Positions 59,779 to 64,000 of a DNA stretch of 64,000 bases are shown here, piece after piece. Origin of the DNA: Thermoplasmata archaeon (GTDB lineage Archaea; Thermoplasmatota; Thermoplasmata; Thermoplasmatales; GCA-001856825). The translations under genes were made by a program, and so were the position numbers. The DNA lies in the NCBI GenBank assembly GCA_021792255.1, contig JAJYUZ010000004.1, forward strand, positions 64,001 to 128,000. The letters run 5' to 3'. The notes under the pieces were generated by a model. It was not told the DNA's origin. It saw only the letters and a program-made list of their open reading frames with translations, and ran no database searches. Position 1 is the first letter of the stretch. The number at the start of each line of letters is the position of its first letter.

Positions 59779-59895
59779 CTTTTCTTAAATGTATAATGGA
59801 TAATAAACTATTTCTGACCTATAAGCATAATTCGTTTGATTTTGAATACAGAATAGAAAATGCTAATATTCCTAATTCTGTATAATGAACTCATC

Positions 59896-61749
59896 ATGTA
59901 TGGAGTTAATGGAAAGGTCCTCTGGGTCAATCTTAGTGACCGGACATTCAAAGAGGAAGAGATTGCCGAGGACGTATACAGAAAGTACCTTACGGGTTAT
60001 GGATTGGGAGTTTATATTCTGAACAGAGAGATGTCAGGGAAGGAAGATCCGCTGGGCCCGGATAATATTCTAGGAGTAATGACGGGGATCTTTAATAGTC
60101 ACGGCGTTCCCTTAGGTGGACGACTGGAAATCGTAGCCAAGTCACCGGCAACAGGTACATGGGGCGATTCAAACTGTGGAGGAAAATTTGGACCCGAGCT
60201 TAAGAACGCTGGATTTGATGCGGTCTTCTTTAGGGGGATATCAAGTGATCCCGTCTATCTGAAGATAGTAGACGGAAAATATTCGCTAGAAAGTGCCCAG
60301 GAAATCTGGGGCAAAGACGCATACGAGACTGAGGATTATCTCAGGAAAATTGAGCCAAAGGGGCAGGCTCTTGTGATTGGTGTTCCTGCGGAGAAAAAGC
60401 TGCTGATATCGTCAATCATGAATGATTACGGGAGGGCAGCAGGGAGATCAGGATTGGGCGCGGTAATGGGTTCGAAGAGGGTGAAGGGTGTTCTTGTCAG
60501 GGGATCTAGGAAGGCATATCCCTACGACAGAGAAATGTTGACACAGACGAACAAGGAAATTCAGATCCTGTTCAACAAAAATATTGAATTAGCAAGACCT
60601 TGGCAACTCTTCGGTACTACTTCGATAACGGAGCCGGGCCATCTGAATGGAGACACTCCGATCAAGAACTGGGCCGGAGTTGGGCTGACAGACTTCGGAG
60701 AAGACAACGCAAAGAAAATCAGCGGCGAAGAGATCGCGAAGGATAAAATTAGGTCGTACGGTTGCGCTCAGTGCACCCTAGCGTGCGGCGGCCACGTCAA
60801 AAGAAACACCAAGTACGGTCCCCTTGAAGGGCACAGGTTGGAGTATGAAGGAACGGGATCGTTTGGTGGTCTTAACCTCAACTCTGACTTGGATGCGATG
60901 TCTATGGCGTTTGAGCTGTGTAATAGGGCGGGGTTGGATATAATCTCAGCTGGAGCGGTCATCGCCTTCACTAACGAATGCTCTGAAAAGGGGATCCTGA
61001 CAGAGAAAGACACTGGATTCCGCATTGGTTTCGGTGATCCAGATGCTATGATAGAGATGGTCAAACGGTTAGCAACAGGAGAAGGAATCTGGGCCGTTCT
61101 AGGAATGGGTGCCGAAATGGCTTCTAAGAAAATCGGGAAAGGGAGCGAGAAGTTTGCTATGCACGTTCACGGACAGGATCTCCCGATGCACGATCCAAAG
61201 CTAATGCCAAGTCTTGCGACCACCTATTTGGCCGATCCTACTCCCGGAAGACATACTGCAGGCGGGATTGGGTTTGACGAAGGTGGATCTCTGACCCTGC
61301 CATTTGAATACCCAGATTCGGGGACGAAGATAGATAGATACACTATTGAAGGAAAAGGGAGAATACAGTCTCTGTCCGTGTACGGAATGCAGGTCATGAA
61401 TGCAACAGGAATGTGTCAGTTTTCTACGGCAGTATGGCCCAACGCTTACCCCTACGTCAGACTCTTTAAGGCGATAATGGGTTGGGACATGACCCCTGAC
61501 GAATTGATGCAGGTGGGAAAGAGAATACAGGTTGCAAGACACCTTTTCAACTATAAGGCAGGGGTAAACGTAAGGGGAATCAGTCCGCAGGGAAGGATGA
61601 TCGGAAATCCCCCACTGGAAGATGGACCAACAGGCGGTATCACAATAGACTATGACACTTTGGTCAAGGAGTACCTAGAAGAGATCGGCATAGGAAGAGA
61701 CGGAAGACCTACGGATCAAGTTCTGGAGAATCTTGGGATCGAAGGATGA
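59896..61749 (+). CDS. Aldehyde:ferredoxin oxidoreductase family (second copy)
   Basis: KSPATG, GRAAGRSGLGAVMGSK, CAQCTLAC, EYE, GLDIIS, HDP. Confidence 0.92.
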   Translation: MYGVNGKVLWVNLSDRTFKEEEIAEDVYRKYLTGYGLGVYILNREMSGKEDPLGPDNILGVMTGIFNSHGVPLGGRLEIVAKSPATGTWGDSNCGGKFGPELKNAGFDAVFFRGISSDPVYLKIVDGKYSLESAQEIWGKDAYETEDYLRKIEPKGQALVIGVPAEKKLLISSIMNDYGRAAGRSGLGAVMGSKRVKGVLVRGSRKAYPYDREMLTQTNKEIQILFNKNIELARPWQLFGTTSITEPGHLNGDTPIKNWAGVGLTDFGEDNAKKISGEEIAKDKIRSYGCAQCTLACGGHVKRNTKYGPLEGHRLEYEGTGSFGGLNLNSDLDAMSMAFELCNRAGLDIISAGAVIAFTNECSEKGILTEKDTGFRIGFGDPDAMIEMVKRLATGEGIWAVLGMGAEMASKKIGKGSEKFAMHVHGQDLPMHDPKLMPSLATTYLADPTPGRHTAGGIGFDEGGSLTLPFEYPDSGTKIDRYTIEGKGRIQSLSVYGMQVMNATGMCQFSTAVWPNAYPYVRLFKAIMGWDMTPDELMQVGKRIQVARHLFNYKAGVNVRGISPQGRMIGNPPLEDGPTGGITIDYDTLVKEYLEEIGIGRDGRPTDQVLENLGIEG

Positions 61750-61814
61750 TGGAGTGAGATAGCCAAACAAAGTTGTCTGAACGCTACTCCGAAGATATCT
61801 TTCTGGTTCTGTTC

Positions 61815-62600
61815 TCACAGGAACAGTTCCTTCTGGTGTTTCACCTTGTGGTAATTGAAGATGGGTCCATCTTCGCACGAGTAGAATTCTCCGACATTGC
61901 AATGACCGCAGACTCCAATTCCGCATTCCATTCGCCTCTCTAATGACAGAAATATGTTCTCTTCCCTGTAGCCAAGGTTCAGAGCCTCTTTCACCACGTT
62001 CTTCATCATGAGAGGGGGACCCACTATGAATACCCCGGCGCTCTTGCTGACCTCGGCATCTTTCATTATTGAGGTCACTAGTCCAACTCTTCCGGTCCAG
62101 TTCTCGTCTCCACTGTCGACAGTCAAATGAACGTTAACCTTCTTCATCCAGCGCTCGATTTCAGTTTTGTAGATGATGTCTTCTGGTGTTTTTGCACCGT
62201 AAAGTACCTCCAGTTTTCTGCCTTTTCCAGAGTCGTTAATCTCTTCAATCAGGCTCCTGACCGGCGGTATTCCAATACCTCCCGTTACAGCCAAGATTTC
62301 TTCATATTCCTTCCAGGGCCATTTTGTTCCATATGGCCCCCTCACTCCCATTGTATCAATTTTGTTCATGTGTGAGGTTACGGATCCCACATTCCTTATG
62401 GTGAACAACGTGTTTCTGCCAAACCCAGATGCGACAGAGATCGGTGCCTCCCCTACACCCGGTACAGAAACCATGAAGAATTGGCCAGACCTGCCATCAC
62501 CCCTCGAATTTATCTCTATGGTATGAACTCCCGGTGCTTCATCGGTCCTTCTAACTATCCGCATATAGGAGGGTAGATACTCATTCTTCAGAATAGTCGT
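61815..62600 (-). CDS. FAD/NAD(P)-binding 2Fe-2S subunit (HydG/AsrB-like); start probably upstream of ATG 62564
   Basis: GQF, GVGEAPIS, RGPYG, GGIGIPP, GPPLMM, MECGIGVCGHC; in-frame NEYLP motif upstream of the ATG. Confidence 0.88.
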   Translation of the reverse strand, partial: TTILKNEYLPSYMRIVRRTDEAPGVHTIEINSRGDGRSGQFFMVSVPGVGEAPISVASGFGRNTLFTIRNVGSVTSHMNKIDTMGVRGPYGTKWPWKEYEEILAVTGGIGIPPVRSLIEEINDSGKGRKLEVLYGAKTPEDIIYKTEIERWMKKVNVHLTVDSGDENWTGRVGLVTSIMKDAEVSKSAGVFIVGPPLMMKNVVKEALNLGYREENIFLSLERRMECGIGVCGHCNVGEFYSCEDGPIFNYHKVKHQKELFL

Positions 62601-63498
62601 CAGTAATCACCTCCTTAATGTCTATGTCAACGGGACAGTCCTCGACACATCTGTTGCATCCGGTACACAGGTAGGCGTCTTGGGATTTCTTAAAGTAGAC
62701 AAATTTGTGATAGAATCTCTGCCTGAGTCTTTCATTCAGTTCTTTTCTGACATTTCCAGCCGATGACGAGGTGAATCCCGAGAGGATACACGAATCCCAC
62801 TCCCTCCTTCGTTCATCGTGGTCATCGTACAGGTCAAAACAGTAGCAAGTTGGACAGGAAAAATTGCACGCCCCGCAAGAAATGCATCTAGAAGCAAATT
62901 TCTTCCAAAGCGGAGTTTCCCACTTCATTCTGTTCTCTATTCCGTCAACTGGTAGCAGGCTCATTTCCGAATTGAAACGCTCTCTAAACTCTGCAAAAAC
63001 GGAATCATCCTCTTTTTTGAAGGAATCGAAATACTTCTTGTAACGTTCCGAGACCATTACGTGGTACCGTTCTCCCAGTTTCAGTATTTGCAGGTCGTAA
63101 TCTTCGAGAACGGGCCCCCCAAACGAAGAACAGAAACCCCCGTCACACGGTTCGTTGCAGACAAAATTGACAAAGAAAGTCTTCTTCCTTTTCTCCGTGT
63201 AAAATGGGTCTTTGCCCAGAACCTGTTTATCCATAAGGTAAAACCCTTTGAGGTCACAGCTCTTGATTCCGAAGATCGCTTTTTTTTCCTGTTCTTGAAG
63301 CAAGAGAACATTCTCGTTTCTGGTGAAGAGGAATTCTTTTGGTGCATATCTCGATCTTCTTTCCGATATCTGGTTGAAGTCTTCAACGCGATCAAATACG
63401 ATTTCTCCTTCTTTTTCTACCGTTCCATAGGTTTCGAAGTCCTTTGAAATTTTAAGGAATACATTTCTCATCTCCTCGCCAGTCAAGAGATAGTTCAA
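62581..63498 (-). CDS. 4Fe-4S dicluster protein (HydB/AsrA-like)
   Basis: GIKSCD, CISCGAC...CPTCYCF, WDSC, CTGCNRC...CP. Confidence 0.88.
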   Translation of the reverse strand: MNYLLTGEEMRNVFLKISKDFETYGTVEKEGEIVFDRVEDFNQISERRSRYAPKEFLFTRNENVLLLQEQEKKAIFGIKSCDLKGFYLMDKQVLGKDPFYTEKRKKTFFVNFVCNEPCDGGFCSSFGGPVLEDYDLQILKLGERYHVMVSERYKKYFDSFKKEDDSVFAEFRERFNSEMSLLPVDGIENRMKWETPLWKKFASRCISCGACNFSCPTCYCFDLYDDHDERRREWDSCILSGFTSSSAGNVRKELNERLRQRFYHKFVYFKKSQDAYLCTGCNRCVEDCPVDIDIKEVITDDYSEE

Positions 63499-64000
63499 AC
63501 GACCAACCTCACTGCAACGACCTTGTACTCTGGCATTTTTGAAAGCGGGTCGAGACTCTTTCCAACCAGTCGATTCACTCTCGACTCGTCGAAATGAAAG
63601 GGAACGAAAATTATTCCAGACGGAATCTTGTCCGTCAGAATAGCTTTGGTTTCTATGGAACCATGTCTCGACTCGATTGTTATGTTCTGAGAATTTCGTA
63701 TTCCGAGTTTTTTTGCATCATCTACGTTTATTTCTGCGTAAGATGAAGGAGACTCCCTCTGTAAGATATCAGTTTTCCTAGTCATTGTTCCGGAGTGCCA
63801 GTGGTAGTAGTTTCTACCGGTGGTCATTATGAAATTGTATTTTGCGTCGACCATTTCAGCCGGCGGTCCGTAGGCAATTGGTACCAATTTTGCCCTACCT
63901 ATAGGAAATGTACTTCCGTGCAGAACCTCTGTTCCTTCTGGATTGGCCGAGTCGATTGGCCATTGTTTCCCATTCGGATAGATATTCTCATAGGTAGCGC
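63495..64000 (-). CDS. Formate dehydrogenase alpha-like molybdopterin oxidoreductase, C-terminal part (runs off the window)
   Basis: QWP, TTGR..YHWHSGTMTR, SRHG, FVPFHF, LDPLSKMPEYK. Confidence 0.85.
   Translation of the reverse strand, partial: ATYENIYPNGKQWPIDSANPEGTEVLHGSTFPIGRAKLVPIAYGPPAEMVDAKYNFIMTTGRNYYHWHSGTMTRKTDILQRESPSSYAEINVDDAKKLGIRNSQNITIESRHGSIETKAILTDKIPSGIIFVPFHFDESRVNRLVGKSLDPLSKMPEYKVVAVRLVV

Overview
Archaeal chromosome window, most consistent with a Thermoplasmatales-like Thermoplasmata (rpl18e-rplM-rpsI-rpoN-tRNA-Pro, LonB, dnaG, psmB-aCPSF1, rps19e-rpl39e-rpl31e-eIF6, prefoldin, TATA promoters, GGTGA ribosome-binding sites). 1-14 kb is a catabolic/secreted-enzyme block: 2-hydroxyacid dehydrogenase, TPP decarboxylase, AOR, MFS, FGGY kinase next to a sphingosine-1-phosphate-lyase-like enzyme, phosphoesterase, GH18-like and GH12-like proteins. 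14.5-42 kb is mostly housekeeping, plus a 1698-aa Lhr helicase, purEK and kdpABC. 42.3-52 kb is an accessory zone around tRNA-Gly and tRNA-Arg. 52-64 kb holds mixed metabolism, tRNA-Val, a QueA homologue, a second AOR and an Fdh/AsrAB-like module. The main new observations are: (1) a hand-folded type I hammerhead ribozyme, with a possible loop-II pseudoknot, in the 5' leader of a secreted beta-helix gene (42850-42908); (2) a ~2.2 kb integrative element at tRNA-Gly whose att site splits the integrase, so excision would give it a new 12-aa C-terminus translationally coupled to an unannotated HTH gene; (3) several genes apparently starting at non-canonical codons (ATT, ATC, ACG/CTG) behind GGTGA; (4) fossil cas1, IS5, NTPase, SPFH and purE fragments. 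All assignments are from motif recognition by eye; no database searches were run.
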